NCBI GenBank assembly: GCA_964016885.1
Contig: OZ024742.1
Coordinates: 296,670,001-296,734,000, forward strand
DNA length: 64,000 bases
Source: Eledone cirrhosa
Taxonomy: Eukaryota
Direction of reading: 5' to 3'
Below are positions 39,891 through 54,284 of this stretch, in pieces. Numbering within the stretch: the first letter of the stretch is position 1; the number at the start of each line of letters is the position of its first letter. The notes below the pieces were generated by a model. That model did no database searches, was not told where the DNA came from, and worked only from the letters and a program-made list of their open reading frames with translations. A program made the position numbers and the translations under genes.

Positions 39891-42800
39891 TACTTTTTGA
39901 TGTGGACACTCATAAAACTTATATGAAACCTAGTTGAGAACCATTGGTATAAGACGTCAGTCTTTTGTGCAATATCAATATCTAAGAGCCTATATCTGGC
40001 AGATTGGTGAACTCAGACAATAGGATGGTAAATAAACTTAACCAGTCTTTTGCAAACATTTGGACCAGTTTAAAGATATCTTCTTCTTTTCTCATTAGCC
40101 TCAAAGGCCCTTAAAAAGGGTTTTAGGCACTGTTCTTTCACCTGACTAAGCAATATAAAGAAAATGCTAAATCAAATATTTGACCCTGAAACGCAATAGC
40201 TGACTTTAGAAACGAAAGTGAAAATAAAATGAATGACATTCTGCCCAATATAAATGAAGCTGTAGACATATATTAAACATATTGTTAGATATTTTCACTT
40301 TTGATTTGTTATTTAAATCTTTTCTTAAGTCACAGTGTCTCCCAGAGGCAATAAATTGTCTGTGGCTCTGAAAGTATTAAGAAAATGAAGAACAGAAGAT
40401 CATCATGTATAGGATATTAGACTTATATTCTAAGTGAACTTGCCAGCTTGCCTGTTACCTATATTCCTTCATTAGTTAAGTGTAGAAGATTGAATTAAGT
40501 GTCTTTCACATGGACATAAAGCAATGACCCTTATGAACCAATCAGCTTGGCCATTAGAATTCTATCCTATATTTGAAAAGAAAATGTATAATAGAAGTAA
40601 TAGACATTTTCCCACTCATACTGTGAGAAATGATAAATCTTGAATAGTTTTAGTATTTCAATACTAACCATGTGCTTATTTATCAGTTAAATTGATGATT
40701 CTGCTAGTTCACCCTGTGAGACTAAAATAACTATGCATAGAAACTATTCTTTTCATTTCAAAGCAGAATCCATAGAATGCTGATCAATGAACTAACCTTA
40801 GAAATAATGTATTCAAGTGAATATTTTTCTAGTCTCATGATCTTTCAGCAGGTTGATATTAATTAAGAAACTTTCTCTTAACAATAAACAGACACTAATA
40901 ATTCTCAGGATTTTCTTTAAGAGAAACGAAAAATGCTTATCATTGTCCAAATTTACCATGAAATGAATACGGAAAATTTTGGTTAATTGACAAAACCAAA
41001 ACTGAAGGAAGTTTCTTGATTCTTTATCTGAGAGAATTCTTAGTTCTTCCCATTGGTCTATGCCTTGATTAAATATAATTATCTACTATATGGACAGAGA
41101 AAATTATATGAGGTTGAAATACAGAGGTCTAACTTGATTATGATTATGAGTATCATATAGAATAATCATTTACTTATCATATCATTTACAAATCATGAAT
41201 TTATTTTGACACTGAAGGTTAATTTTACATGATCTTTATATTTAAATTTTCGATAATAACCTTAAAAAGATGGAGAATCTGTGTGAATCTGTTATGAAAG
41301 GAAAAATAAAGTAGTGGTATTCGTGGTGGTGTGAGGGATCGTGGTGCTATGGATGATTGTGGTGGTGGTGGTGGTGGTGGTGGTGGTAATGGCTGTATTA
41401 GTAGTGTTAGTGGGGGCAGCACTGATGGGGATGAGGGACAGGGGTAGTGGATGCTAAAATAAGTATACAGAAGATGGAACTAAAATTAAGAGTAATACTT
41501 ATGTATGGAATATAAAGTCTAATTACCTGATAGTCTATTGACTTAAATTCTGTTTTATATCATTACCGCCATCATCACCATAATCCTCAGCATCTTTTTC
41601 CTCATCATTATCGTCTTCATTTTACATTCATTTTCCATGCTGGCATGAGTTGGATGGGTTGTCACTGTCCAAGACCAGATGGATCAGAGCAGCTCGTCTT
41701 GCTTCTTATGTCCCATATTTGACATGATTTCTACATTTGGATGCCCTTCCTGATGCCAACCACTTCTCACAGCTTACTAGTTGCCTTTTTGCATGACAGC
41801 ATTTCAAAGACATTTCAGTGAGATTTCAACTGGGAGAGCAGAGAGCCAGAAGAAAATTGCAAATCACTTAATCTGGTGTTCTAGCAACTCTGCCAATTCG
41901 CTGCCTATTGCATCCAGTATATTCTGTAAAATGGTTGGTGATAGGAAGGTAGTCCAGTTGAAGAATCTATGTCAAAACTGGAACCTATTTAAAACCTTTG
42001 CTGAGAGGACAGAGTCTTCAATTAAGTACTGATTTGGTCTGTGGCAAACCCGTCCAGCCCATGCTAGTATGGAAAAATGGGGATTAAATCATGATGATGA
42101 TGAACATGCAGGACGAGGAAGATGATGACCCTGAAGTGTATGCTACTGCTACCTATAGCTAATACAAATCAAAATATTATATTACAGTATTCTGCCATGG
42201 ATATTTTCTTCCCTCTTTTATTCTCATTCTTTATTACTTCATCAACAATTGGAATCCATGGAAAGAAAATATTCCCATCTGTGATGAGAATAATCCAAAT
42301 ATCCCTGACTTGTTCATATCATCTGCCAACTGTTTACTACCATTCAGCAGATTTCAATTTGATGCAAGATAAATCTTCTCCCTGAAAATGTGAAATATCT
42401 TTTAGAAATGTGCTTGACATAAAAACAGATTAAGCAGAAAGGTTTGTGGTTGTACAATGGAATATTAAGTGGATTCTAGCAACATTAAGAAAACTTTAAT
42501 GAGAAAATAAAGCAGTCATAAGAAAAATATATAAATAATGTATACAGAATGTTGAGGGAGGACACTAAGAAAGATTTTCCTTAAAAAGCAATTTCAGCAG
42601 AAACTTCATTCAATTCAAGAGTAAAGGTGGATTGAATTAAGAAACAATGATTTATAAAATAAATGTGGAATATAATTTTAGAAATAATGAAACTTCCAGA
42701 GAATATATAATGTATGAGGAATAAATTATTTCCTAATACAAAATAGGAAATGATTTAAATTAGGATAACATCTTCAATTCCCTTTAGTGTCAAGGAAATG

Positions 42801-43899
42801 AAAGAAATATTTCACTCATGATGCCTGAGAAAAATATTACTGAAGGAAGATAGCTCAACTGAAAATTTAGATTATGCATTCTTAGTCTCACTTACCTGCT
42901 AAAAATTGCAAATAGTACATATAATATTGCTGGTAAAGTGATTGACAATATAATGGAGACAGTGTAGGGAAAAAAGGAATGTTTAGTCATGTAAAAGTCT
43001 TGACAATCTCTATATTGTCAGGACCAGGACAAAATACACCCAGTACACTGTGTAAAGTGATTGGTGTTAGAAGAACATTCAGCCATAAAAATCATACCAA
43101 AATTAAAATGTACAATTCATCTAGGAAGACAGAAATGAGTCGGATTGTAATGATCCTTCCAATACATATAAACATGGAAAACAAATGTAAAATGATGAGG
43201 TTAATAATGTTGATGGTGATGATATCTAGTGTTTTTAGAAGAGCCTCAAAACTTTTAAGGGGGAGGAATATATGTATTTGAAATAATACAAAAGACCGAC
43301 ATACCAGTACAAACACTAACAATAAAAGGATACATGGTGAGAGACTGTAGGCTATAGTGTTGGCAATCAAACAGAGACAATCTAGGGTCTCAGAATCCCT
43401 TCAATCTGGGTAAGCATGCAACTACCTCTCTTTTGCTGGTACCACAATAACATGCACCCAATATACTGTCCATAATGAGAGTGATGGTAGCAAGAAAAAT
43501 AATATCTGCTACACTCTGTAAAGTGGTAGTGCCATTCTGGTGTAGACATCTGTTAAGATATTGCAGAACAAATCTGGCATGTAAATGTAAAATTAATGGA
43601 GCAGACTATCGAAACCTGGCAATTTGCCCCTCATGCAGCTAGTAGCTATTCCTTCCTGTATTTCATGGGTTGTTATTGGTATTTTACAGCACTGCATTTC
43701 CAATGTTGAGACTCCACTGTCTATTGAATCCCTTTTAGTAATTGAAGAATATTAACATTTCTATCTTGTCATACATTTAATCATGAGAAAGTGTTACACT
43801 TTTCATGAACAATATTTATATAATAGTATAATAATGGATAAGTGGATGGCAGAATCAGTAGAGCATTGAACACAATATTTTGTAATATGACCCACAAAT

Positions 43900-44230
43900 G
43901 TGCTGTCTCATCCCTCAGCCTTTTATACTATTATTGCAATAGACTTTGCTCCTCAAAGTTCGCTGGTCTCACACCACATCTACTCAAGCACTTCCCACTC
44001 TCTCATCTCTCCTCCTCTCATAATCCACATTGTGTCCATCTCCTCAGGCTTCGTATTGACCTTTATTTCCAATTGTTTCTGCCCAAAGCATCTCCTATTT
44101 GAAACTTGTAGCAGAGTCCTACACGTGCTACAGTTTTTACCAGAGATTGCAGCAGTGAATCTGCATCTGACCCTGCTTCTGCTGGATGTCCTCAACAATA
44201 GCTTTGATAGGGTTGTAAATCGTTTTCATT
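43900..44230 (+). mobile_element. Degraded 3' end of a CR1/Zenon-like LINE ORF
   Basis: AVSSLSLLYYYCNRLCSSK..HNPHCV..FLPKAS resembles the VASLSLFYRYY.G.CS.EL C-terminus. Confidence 0.55.
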
Positions 44231-47200
44231 GATGCTGTCTAGTGAGATTCATAGTACATAATCAAGCACTGCAATGAAAGGAAGCAAGTGTGTCCACATG
44301 GAGCACTCACACAAGAATATAATGTACTTACATTCTAAGTTAAGTCTCTTCTAATACACGATTGATAGATTGGAAGATTGGTAAAATAATTATGTCAGTA
44401 TTTAGTTACAGTGATCTGTTTTGATTTCAGTTCCAACTGAAGTCTATGCCTTTCTTCCTTTCATTCCAGAATGCTGGATTGGCAAACAAGATGTTCTTTA
44501 CATTCTTAATTTTAATCTCAGGGGATTGAACATGGGTGGCAGATTTACTCTACCCCTTGGGTACCTTTAGCAGAGTTCACTCTGTTGCAAGTATTTAGTC
44601 TAGGTCTCTAGTTTGAGAATATCTTCTTTCCTCCTTCCCAAAGTCTCTGAAAAGGGTCATGGCTCTGCATTTCCCACTTTTACTAAACAGTGGGAAAAAA
44701 AATTAAGTTAACACATCTATAATGTAATTCCACATTACTTATAAATCTTTTTTATAAACTGAATTCAGAAAATATTTTATCTACAGAGTAGGTATTGAAT
44801 ATACTTAGTTCTCTGATATATGTAAAGAACCTACAACAACTATATTTATTATCTGACAATGGTTTAAAGGATTAGGTTTAAACACTGTTAATGGATGTAT
44901 TGTGTCATGCAATTTGGTTTGGAAAAAAATCATTTATAATAAATATGTCTTTTCTTTTCATTGCTTCTTCATCTGATGCCAAGATGATGTGGTATTGTAA
45001 GAATCTTTGCTATTAGGGTTGTTTATAAAAACGTTACTAAGGTTAGATAAAGACTTGGTGAACTTTATACTAGAAGAATGTTACTCTTTTTAACCTGAAC
45101 ACCATTTCATGTATAAGTTGGTATTTATGACAACCTATAATATCAATGAAAAAAACCTTTTGACCAGAACATTTATTTAGATTTTCGTAATTTTGACATT
45201 CAACAGGGGAAATTAAAATTTCTTTCTTAAGAACTTTTTTTTTTATGTCAGCAGGTTCATAGCTTTTCTGAATTCTTCAGTAATGTGTTGGACTATAAAT
45301 AAATCTCAAAGTGTAGGAATGAAAGTATAAAAATCATTTCAAATGATCTTGTATCGACAAATATAATACAACCAGTTTCAATGGCATTACATTTTCTGTT
45401 AGAAATAGCAAAATAAAAGCTCTGACTTATTTCTCACAAAAGAGATTTTCCTAATATCAAGATGTTATGTTAGTTTGTTACACAAGTAATGTTACATACA
45501 CTACTACAAAATGGCTGACAATGTTATAAAACAGAATATTTATTTTTTATTGTATCTATGCTGTAGTATCATCATCATCATTATCACTATAATAATTATC
45601 ATAGCCATCATTATCCTTATTGTCATAACACAAGTTACTTCTGCTTGTGCCATGAAATATGCACCTAGTACACTATGTCAGGTGGATGGTGAGAGGAAGG
45701 GCATCCAGCTATAGACACCATGCTAAAAAAAAGGTTGAGAGAACTACTCAGTTGTGTGAAGAGCCAGACAACCTCTTTAGCACTGGTGACATAATGAAAT
45801 GAATGCAGTAATCTCTGTGAAGTGGTTGGTGAAAGAAAGTGGATCCAACAGTAGTATACTTGCCAAACAAATGGTTGAGAGGAATCTTCAGTTGTATGAA
45901 GGACATGACAACTTTATAATGTTGGTGCACTCTGTAGTGTGGGAGAATGTATGTAAATGAGATGTGACCCACATCCCATCTGAAAGGACAATGGCTCTGA
46001 TTAAGTCTTTGTCTGTGATGACAGGCCCAACCCTTGCTACAAGCGAAAATATATACATATCAACAGTAGAAATATATCAACTATTACTTGCAGGCTGTAA
46101 CTTATAGTCATTAAATCACAATATTTTCTAGAAATGTTTTAATACAAAAGGATGAAATATATTACAGATAGAATTCTATGAATAGACCAACAACATTTGA
46201 AATATTTATCCAGTTCAGTCCTGAAATACTGTATTGTAAGTAACAAAATAATATATCTGACATTCTTCTTCCATCTCACACACTTTTTTATACATGTTTT
46301 TATATGAATATAAACAATATGCAAACATAAATATATGCATAAATCTACACACACATATATATATATTCTGGTTTATTATTTTTTATTCTCACCAATAGAA
46401 AAGTGCCAGTTTCTAATCCAGAAACAAGACTCTTCTTCTTTTTCTTCGTCTTTGCCCACTTATTCCTGTAAGGGTTGTGGGGGAAGAGTCCTCAAACACT
46501 CCTTTCAGCGGTTCCAGTTAGACGCAACCATCTCCAACTGGACCTCTTAACGAAACCAGCCAAGCTCATGGATGTTAACCAACCATGTTGCCCGGGGATT
46601 ACTCCTGGTTTCATGCCGGATGGCTTTGCCCATAAAATCTATCCAATGATTCTTTCCTGAGACATTCTAACCACACTGAAATTTAGACAACACATATGTA
46701 ATTATGTATTTTACATACAGCTCACACTGATGGACATTCCTTTCAACAGCTGTCAGCTGGAGATTTAAACAATCTTGGCACCTTCCAACAGTACACCTCC
46801 ATCCTCCTGTTGCTTTGAAGTTTTAAGGGAATATCTAAATTGTTTTGACCTACACTGACACATACTTTTCCATACACAACTTGCTGGCTGGAGCTGCACA
46901 CACTCCAATCATGTAGCAATTATTTTGTTTTACTCCTCACTGATAATTTGTTCTTTCTCTCATATGCTTCTGACCAACCTATAATGAAGTATCTTTTACT
47001 TTTGTCTTCAGTTCATGGACCACTGCTCTGTTGACATTTCTCAGTTCAATGGAAGCCATATAGTGGATCTAGCTATGACATCATAATTCTACTGGAAGCT
47101 ATAGGATTCAAAGTTTCAACAATGATCCCTGATGAGTCACTAATAACATGAAAATAGTTTGATACTCTCATATATAAGCTGTTGTGGTTTATGTATAAGG

Positions 47201-48060
47201 TTAATTCTCAATGCATGATTTATTATAATATATTTATTAAAGATACCGAATGTGACTTCTGTATAGATACTTTACATAACCAGGTTGTGTTTGTACAGAA
47301 TTTATTAATTACCGTCCTTGCCAAAGAAGGTTGAGAGAATGTTTCAGTTGTGTCCTAAGTAGAATAATTTCTCTAATGATGGCGTCATGATAAAATACAC
47401 TCAGTACATCAGTAAAGTGGTTAGTGATAGGAAGTGCATCTAGCAATAGAAAACTTATCAAAGAAAGGGTCGAGACAATTCATCAGTTGTGTCAAAGACA
47501 TGATGACCTCACTAGTGCTGGTGTCATGACAAAATAATAAAGAGTTAATGGGAGTTGAAACTAATCTGTTGCATAAGGCCAGCAATTTAAAAGAAGGTGA
47601 AAGACAATTATATCAATCCAGTACTTAACTGGTATTTCATTTTAATGACCCAGAAAAGGTAGAAGGCAAAGTTGATCGCAGCAGGATTTGAACCTAGGAC
47701 AATGAAAAGTGTGTCCAAATACTGCAAACCATTTTGTCCAATGCTCTTCCAATAATGTCAATCCTTATACTATCTTAATAATGAAATTAAGATTGGTAAA
47801 TCTTTCCAAATTATCCATTAATTAATTAAAATGTAGTGTATTTTATTAGAAATATGGTCATGAAAATATTAAAAGCTAGTGCCTTAGCAATTTTATACCA
47901 AAAACCTTGAATCCTCTAAATCCTTTAGAATTAACGATAGCTTAGCTCCACACATGACTGCTTCTAGATAGCTGACAATGTTAAGTAATGAATCTCATCA
48001 TTGACATCTATCCAAGTGATTTTTCAACTGCATTTTGCTAAAAGATATAAAGAATTTATT

Positions 48061-48670
48061 AAGGATTAAAATATAGTATAGCTTTGTGAGAGATGTGGTT
48101 ATAACTGTTTTGGGGAAGCAAATATAATGCAAATTTGAAATGTGAGAGTCAAAACGAGATTAAAGTAAAGTTAGAAAACAAAACAACAATTCTCTACAGT
48201 ATAAAGGAAAAACTGTGCGATTTAAAAAAAACAACATTACAATCACTTTTAGTTCATTTTTTAATAACCATTGATAATAAATATGAAAAAGATAAAAACA
48301 AAATTAAGTAATGAGAAAAAGATAAAGGGGTAAAGATGGGCAGATCTGGCTTTATGGGAAAGTAGAGGAAAGGACTATAAATGCCATAAATGAGAGGAAA
48401 AGGAGGGGGAAAGGGAGAGGGGGATGGACTCTGGGTCTAGGGTGGAGTGGGGCGGTGTTTGAGCTGAGGGTGGGATAGGGCTGTGTTTGGGCTGCACCCT
48501 ACAAAAAGGATTAAGATATAGTATAGCTTTGTGAGATTTGTGGTTATAATTGTTTTGGGGAAGCAAGTATGATGCAAATTGTAAATGTGTGAGTCAAAAT
48601 AAAATTAAAGTAAGGTTAGAAAAGAAACCAACAATTTTCTACAGTATAAAGGAAGAACTGTGTAATTTAA
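48061..48670 (+). repeat. ~170-bp direct repeats (48061-48225 / 48506-48670) flanking a G-rich spacer
   Basis: aaggattaa.atatagtatagctttgtgaga..ttttggggaagca occurs twice. Confidence 0.85.
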
Positions 48671-48860
48671 AATCAATTTAAAATCAATTTATTCCATAAT
48701 ATTTCAAGATTAGGACTTGTTTCTGAGGGTAGAGGTGGATGTTGATGATGAGCAGGGCTCTACTGCATGTTGTATTTTCTTCTTTAAAAAAAAGGTGCTC
48801 TAAACTTGAAATATCAGGAAATATAAAGTAAAAGTTTAAGCTGTTGTTTGTTTATCTTAC

Positions 48861-48927
48861 TCTACTTTAGATTTCACTCTTGTATTTCTAATTTGCATTG
48901 TACCAGCTTTCCACTCACAAAATCCTA
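48861..48927 (-). CDS. Candidate 67-bp internal exon (GFCEWKAGTMQIRNTRVKSKV), product unknown
   Basis: Good ctatattttcag acceptor and gtaaga donor; only one frame open. Confidence 0.25.
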
Positions 48928-49619
48928 CTGAAAATATAGAATCTATATTACATTGTACAATAATATGAGAAAACTATTAAATTATATAATGCATTTATTT
49001 GAACAAAGAACAAATCAATAAAAAAGAGACAGAAAGAAAAGAAAAACAAAAATGAAGATGTACACGCATAAATAGAGAATGCTGGTTTTTGCCTTTAAAT
49101 ACTTTTGAAACAGGCCAAAATATTTATGGCATTACCATAGCTGAGAGCCAAACACACCCATGAGTATCATCTAATACTTTCATAAGGTGAGTTGCCAAAA
49201 ATGACAAAACCCTTACTGTCAGCAGCCACATGGCATGCAGTAAAAAAATATAATTTACTGATAAATCTCAGTATTTCAGTGTTTGGCTATGGATAGATTG
49301 ACTATCATCTCTATGACAGCAAGCATCTAGGAACGTAAGAAGGAATGAATGGTTGATCTAACAGGTTCCAAAATTGGAGGGTTATTGACTCTAAAAAGAG
49401 CCTGTTTTATGATTGTATCCCAGTTAGTGTAGTGAGATAAGAGGGAGGTCAAATACAATTAGTATCTTTTCTCTTCTTAGCACTCTCATTATCATATTGC
49501 AAATAAAATACATTTGTTTATAATATATAATAATGAAAATTACTGTGTACAATGCACAAGTGTATGAATACTACATAGAATAATGTACAAAAGTCAGGAA
49601 AGAGAACAGTGTATGAGTC

Positions 49620-49790
49620 ATGATATACACACAGGGTGATTGTGTATGGAATATCAGGTGTAGTGTTGGCAAATCTCAGAAAGAATGGCAGTTTTGACAG
49701 ATGCTGTGTCCCAACAGCTAACAACTGATGCAGGTAGATTGTTCCATGCTTCAGCAACTCTGAGCATGAAAAAAATGTTTCATAATCAAG
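49620..49790 (-). mobile_element. CR1/L2-like LINE 3' end fragment
   Basis: FFMLRVAEAWNNLPASVVSC..TASVKT matches the FF..RV...WN.LP motif. Confidence 0.65.
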
Positions 49791-50912
49791 AGTTTGGAGA
49801 CATTTAATAAAATAACTAATTTTCTCATTGATAAGCTGGTGGAACATAAGTTAACAAAGATTATTACGTGAAACTATCATGGAAGAGTATAGATCAGTCA
49901 TGGGGCAAACTGCGGCTCATTCGGCTAAGAGTACAAAAACATGATTGAACCAATATTTAGCTAATTTAAGATTGATCTCATATTCTATTTCCTTCTGTTA
50001 TAGACATTGTCTAAATATTACAGACTACAACATTCAACAAAATCTTAAAACTATAAAAAGATAAATAAAATAAAAGTTCTCTGCCTCCATCTGTTCTCCT
50101 CCTCCTACTACTACTTTTTTTGCACACTCTTCCTTTCTTTTTCCCTCATACCCACATCCCCCTCCTCCTCACCTTTCTCCAAATGAGCTCATTTCTTTTC
50201 CTCTATATTTTCCTCATACTTTCTAGAACTTATTCTTAAATCAAACATTGCAATGACATTTTGGATTATTTTACAATACTTAGTTAACTTTTTACATAAA
50301 CCCAACTTCTAAGCAAATAAATTATATTAAAACCTATCTTCCAGAAACCCATTATACCCAACTTACAAGAACAACCCCAAGAATACAAACAGCATCAGAA
50401 ATAAAATAAAAAATGCATTTAGACAAAAACCAACCATTGACAAAACTTCAACGTTACTCTCAACGTTTCTCTTTTAAAAATACATTCTATTCTGTCATAA
50501 TAATCACTTTTACATCAGTTTCCATGCTCACAATATGTTAAACAAGTCCTCTTCAGTACAATGTCTCACATTCTTTCTTTCCTTAGTCATCTGCTTTGTG
50601 AGGTTCTGTTTCTTGGAATCAGCTATCATGACTTTTGTTACATCGTTCTCAGTCATCCTCTTTCACAGTTTCCATCCACTTGGAATCCTGGTACTTCTTC
50701 ACTTAATGATGATGACCATCACCATTACATGTCCCTACTAATGTAACCTTCTTTTCTGCATGCTACATCTAATTCCCAGCTTTCCTTTTAGCTAATTCAT
50801 ACCTCATTGCACATGCACACTAACATTACATATCTTATATGTATGAAGTGCTCATTCAAATAATGTTTAACTGTTTTCTTGTACAGTTATACACAAAAGA
50901 CATACATTAATC

Positions 50913-50953
<41 letters not shown>

Positions 50954-50958
50954 GTACG

Positions 50959-51439
50959 TTATTCCGGGTTGAATCGGAGGTAACCACAGTAAGTAAGGTA
51001 CTCAATACATAGCAGAGTATAAAAGTTTTAATATAGATGAGATTCTACAGGACTAGAACTGTTTCATTCATTAGAAATCATCAGGAATCTGGGTATCAAA
51101 AAATAATAAGGTACTCAATACATAGCAGAGTATAAAAGTTTTAATATAGATGAGATTCTACAGGACTAGAACTGTTTCATTCATTAGAAATCATCAGGAA
51201 TCTGGGTATCAAAAAATAAGGTACTCAATACATAGCAGAGTATAAAAGTTTTAATATAGATGAGATTCTACAGGACTAGAACTGTTTCATTCATTAGAAA
51301 TCATCAGGAATCTGGGTATCAAAAAATAAGGTACTCAATACATAGCAGAGTATAAAAGTTTTAATATAGATGAGATTCTACAGGACTAGAACTGTTTCAT
51401 TCATTAGAAATCATCAGGAATCTGGGTATCAAAAAATAA
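50959..51439 (-). mobile_element. Penelope pseudo-LTR-derived tandem array (4 units of 110-113 bp), each with a hammerhead
   Basis: Units start at 50994, 51107, 51217 and 51327; a single copy of the same terminus lies at 56525-56672. Confidence 0.9.
51040..51423 (-). ncRNA. Four identical canonical type I hammerheads (51040-51090, 51153-51203, 51263-51313, 51373-51423)
   Basis: agattc-CTGATGA-tttc(taat)gaat-GAAA-cag(ttctagtc)ctg-TA-gaatct; GUA cleavage triplet. Confidence 0.92.
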
Positions 51440-51462
51440 TATATATATATATATATATATCA

Positions 51463-51502
<40 letters not shown>

Positions 51503-52208
51503 TGATGATAGGGACTGGGGTCCATATCATTCGACTGCTAAGTGGTCGTGCAGGTGCCACGGCAAAAGATTTATTCATATGTAACCCATTTGCAACCACG
51601 CAGCACGTTTATTCTCATATTTACACATATTTTTTTTCCCCGCTGTGACCCGTCTATTTCGTTCTTACTGCTTTCTCTTTCTCTGTATCTTTACCCTCTC
51701 TAGCAGTCACTCTCTCTGTTAGCCTCTTCCTCACCCTTCACTCACTCATTCTCTGTTACTACCTCTCCTCCTCCTCCTTCTTCCCGTTTGACCTGTGCGT
51801 AATTCTTTTCTTTCGCACCCTTGGTCTGGCAGGTCGCTTTTTTTCTCTCTCTCGTCTACGATTTCACAGAACTTACGTTCACCGAATTCACAGACTAGAT
51901 CCCTTCTTCCCCCCATTAGACCTGTACGGAATTCCTTCCTTGCTTACATTCCAACCAGGTTTGATGGTCTTTATTCTCTCTCGTTCATGATTTCACCGAA
52001 TTTATATTCATAGAAATTTAGAACTTGTCTCCTTCTTCCTCACTTTTCGTTGCTTCACCATCTTTGTTTGTTTATACACGTGTCCCCTTTATTTACGTGT
52101 CCCAACGACTTTTTTTAGCCGTTGCTCACACCAACTGGAGGTATATGGTCTTTAAAGTGATGAAATACCAATGATGGTTGGAAGATCACTGATGAAGGAC
52201 TAACTTTA

Positions 52209-52250
<42 letters not shown>

Positions 52251-52253
<3 letters not shown>

Positions 52254-53007
52254 CATCATCACCGTTTTACGTCCGTTCTTCCACGCTAGCATGGGTTAGA
52301 CGGGTTGTCCTGTTGTGGGCAGTGTCTGGTCGGCTGACCATGCCTTGCTCATACAGGAACTGATCTGGCTTGATTTCTACAGCTGGATGCCCTTCCTAAC
52401 ACCAACCTCATTTACAGTGAGTGCTGGGTGCTTTTTCGTGGCGCCTACACGTCCACTTTACAGTGTGGGCTGGGTGCTTTTTTGCCGTGGCACCTCCACG
52501 ACCACCTTGCGGTGGGGGGGGGGGGGGGCATATTGTTTATATGCTTCAGCATGTACCCATGGGAGGTCGGGTACCCTGTATTACTGCGTGACGCCAGAAG
52601 TCACGGTCGTGTGTCATTGACTTTGAGAGGTGTAGTTGGGTAAGGTCGGCTTTTATCACCTCATCCCAAGTAGTGCTCTGCACCTTTCTTCTCAGCACTT
52701 GTGAGGGCAAGCTCACCTTTATCATTCCGGATACACTTCTCTCCAATGACATCACAACTATCTCTGACACACTGCCTCGCAATCTTGAATACCTCCTGTT
52801 TCTGGTCCTCACGTTGTAAAACATGCTTGAATTTTCTATCCTCTGCTTCCCTCCTAGCTAAGTATACTTGTCACCTAGCTTCCCTCTTGGTCTCTATGTA
52901 ATGTACCCTGCTCCCCCCGTTCTTCCATTCTTTCCATGCCTGTCTCTTGGCCTTGACTGCTTCATCTACCTTATTGTTCCTGGCCTTGACTGCTTCATCT
53001 ACCTTAC
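52251..53007 (-). mobile_element. Internally deleted RTE (related subfamily): linker region fused to the 3' end
   Basis: KVDEAVKAKRQAWKEW..AEKK joined to TWDEVIKADLTQLHLS..; (GAT)n tail; (TA)n on both sides. Confidence 0.85.
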
Positions 53008-53409
53008 ATATATATATATATATATATATATTGATAGATAGATAGAAAAGGAGTGAGAAAAAAAAAGAAATGGTTATATCAAACACGAAATGTTTAAAAA
53101 AAAAAAAAGAATTAACATCCAAAAGAAGTTATGGTAATGTAAAATCGAAAAATACTGTTTTAAATGTAAATACATTTTTACATGTAAAAACTTTGCACTT
53201 TAAAAAGAAACAATCTAATCTTATATGACATATAACATGTATAAACACCGAAACAAATATAATATACTTACATTAATAAAACCAGTCACATGGAGAATAG
53301 TTACTTCATGACTATAAATATTTCCTCATACATTTGTGTATATTTATATATATATACACACACATATATAGACACACATATATATATATATGTATTGACA
53401 TATATGTAT

Positions 53410-53479
<70 letters not shown>

Positions 53480-53764
53480 ATATATATATATAGAGAGAGA
53501 GAGATGCTGAACAACAGTAGCAAAGACAACAGTAACATAAACTATACGACCAGCATAACATGAAATGAGAAAGAAAAATAATAAAAGAAACATCAATGCC
53601 ATTTTTTCCTCTCCATGAAATGTGTAGAAAATCTTTTAAACTTCTGTTTAACAAGTCACTGATTTTCGTTAACTTCTCTGTAATGTGATGTGTTTTTGTT
53701 CTGACTTCTGATTTGACAGCTGCTCTCATTGCTATCCAAACTCCATCTGAAATGATGAAAGGAC

Positions 53765-54170
53765 AGGCAGCCATATTGTGTTTCTGAAAAGGTGTTATCA
53801 GTTGACAAAACTCAGCATATGTTGCTTGTTTGTTGTATGTATGTACAACACTAAAACTAAATAATGCATTAAATACAACAAAAATCTACTTCTTTTTGTA
53901 TGAAATATTTTAGTAAATAAACAAAAAAATTATTGAAGATGTGTTTTTAAAATGTCAGCCTATTTTTTTAACTGCTAGCAGCCATATTAAGTTTCTGAAA
54001 AGGTGTTATCAGTTGATAGAACTTAGCAGATGTCACTGCCTTATTGTGCTTATGACACTGAAACTGAATAATGCTTTAAATACAACAAAAGTTTTATTTC
54101 AATTTGTATAAAATGTTTTACTAAAAGAATGACAAACATACAAATATTATTGGAAATATGTTTTTTAATG
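53765..54170 (+). repeat. Two ~210-bp imperfect tandem units
   Basis: gcagccatatt..gtttctgaaaaggtgttatcagttga at ~53768 and ~53978. Confidence 0.8.
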
Positions 54171-54284
54171 TCAAAGAATGAAAATAACTACCTTTTTCAT
54201 GTGAATGAAAATGTACAATGAAAATATAAAAAGAAACATAGATATAATAAATTACTTACAACAACAACAACCCTTATGTTTATT

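Noticed and set aside
42354-43009. Exon chain encoding DCQDFYMTKHSFFPYTVSIILSITLPAILYVLFAIFSR-EKIYLASN*
   Set aside because: Phases fit with 48861-48927, but the acceptor and first half overlap a common repeat and no homology is recognised; needs RNA evidence
47125-47165. CTGATGA..GAAA hammerhead-like string (also 51501 and 52188)
   Set aside because: Stems I-III cannot be formed, or the motif is truncated
50994-51439. CRISPR-like array
   Set aside because: Units are entirely identical with no unique spacers, there are no cas genes, and the context is eukaryotic
53600-53750. Possible exon [18 protein letters not shown]..
   Set aside because: Acceptor is plausible but no donor or homology was found, and it lies next to a tandem repeat
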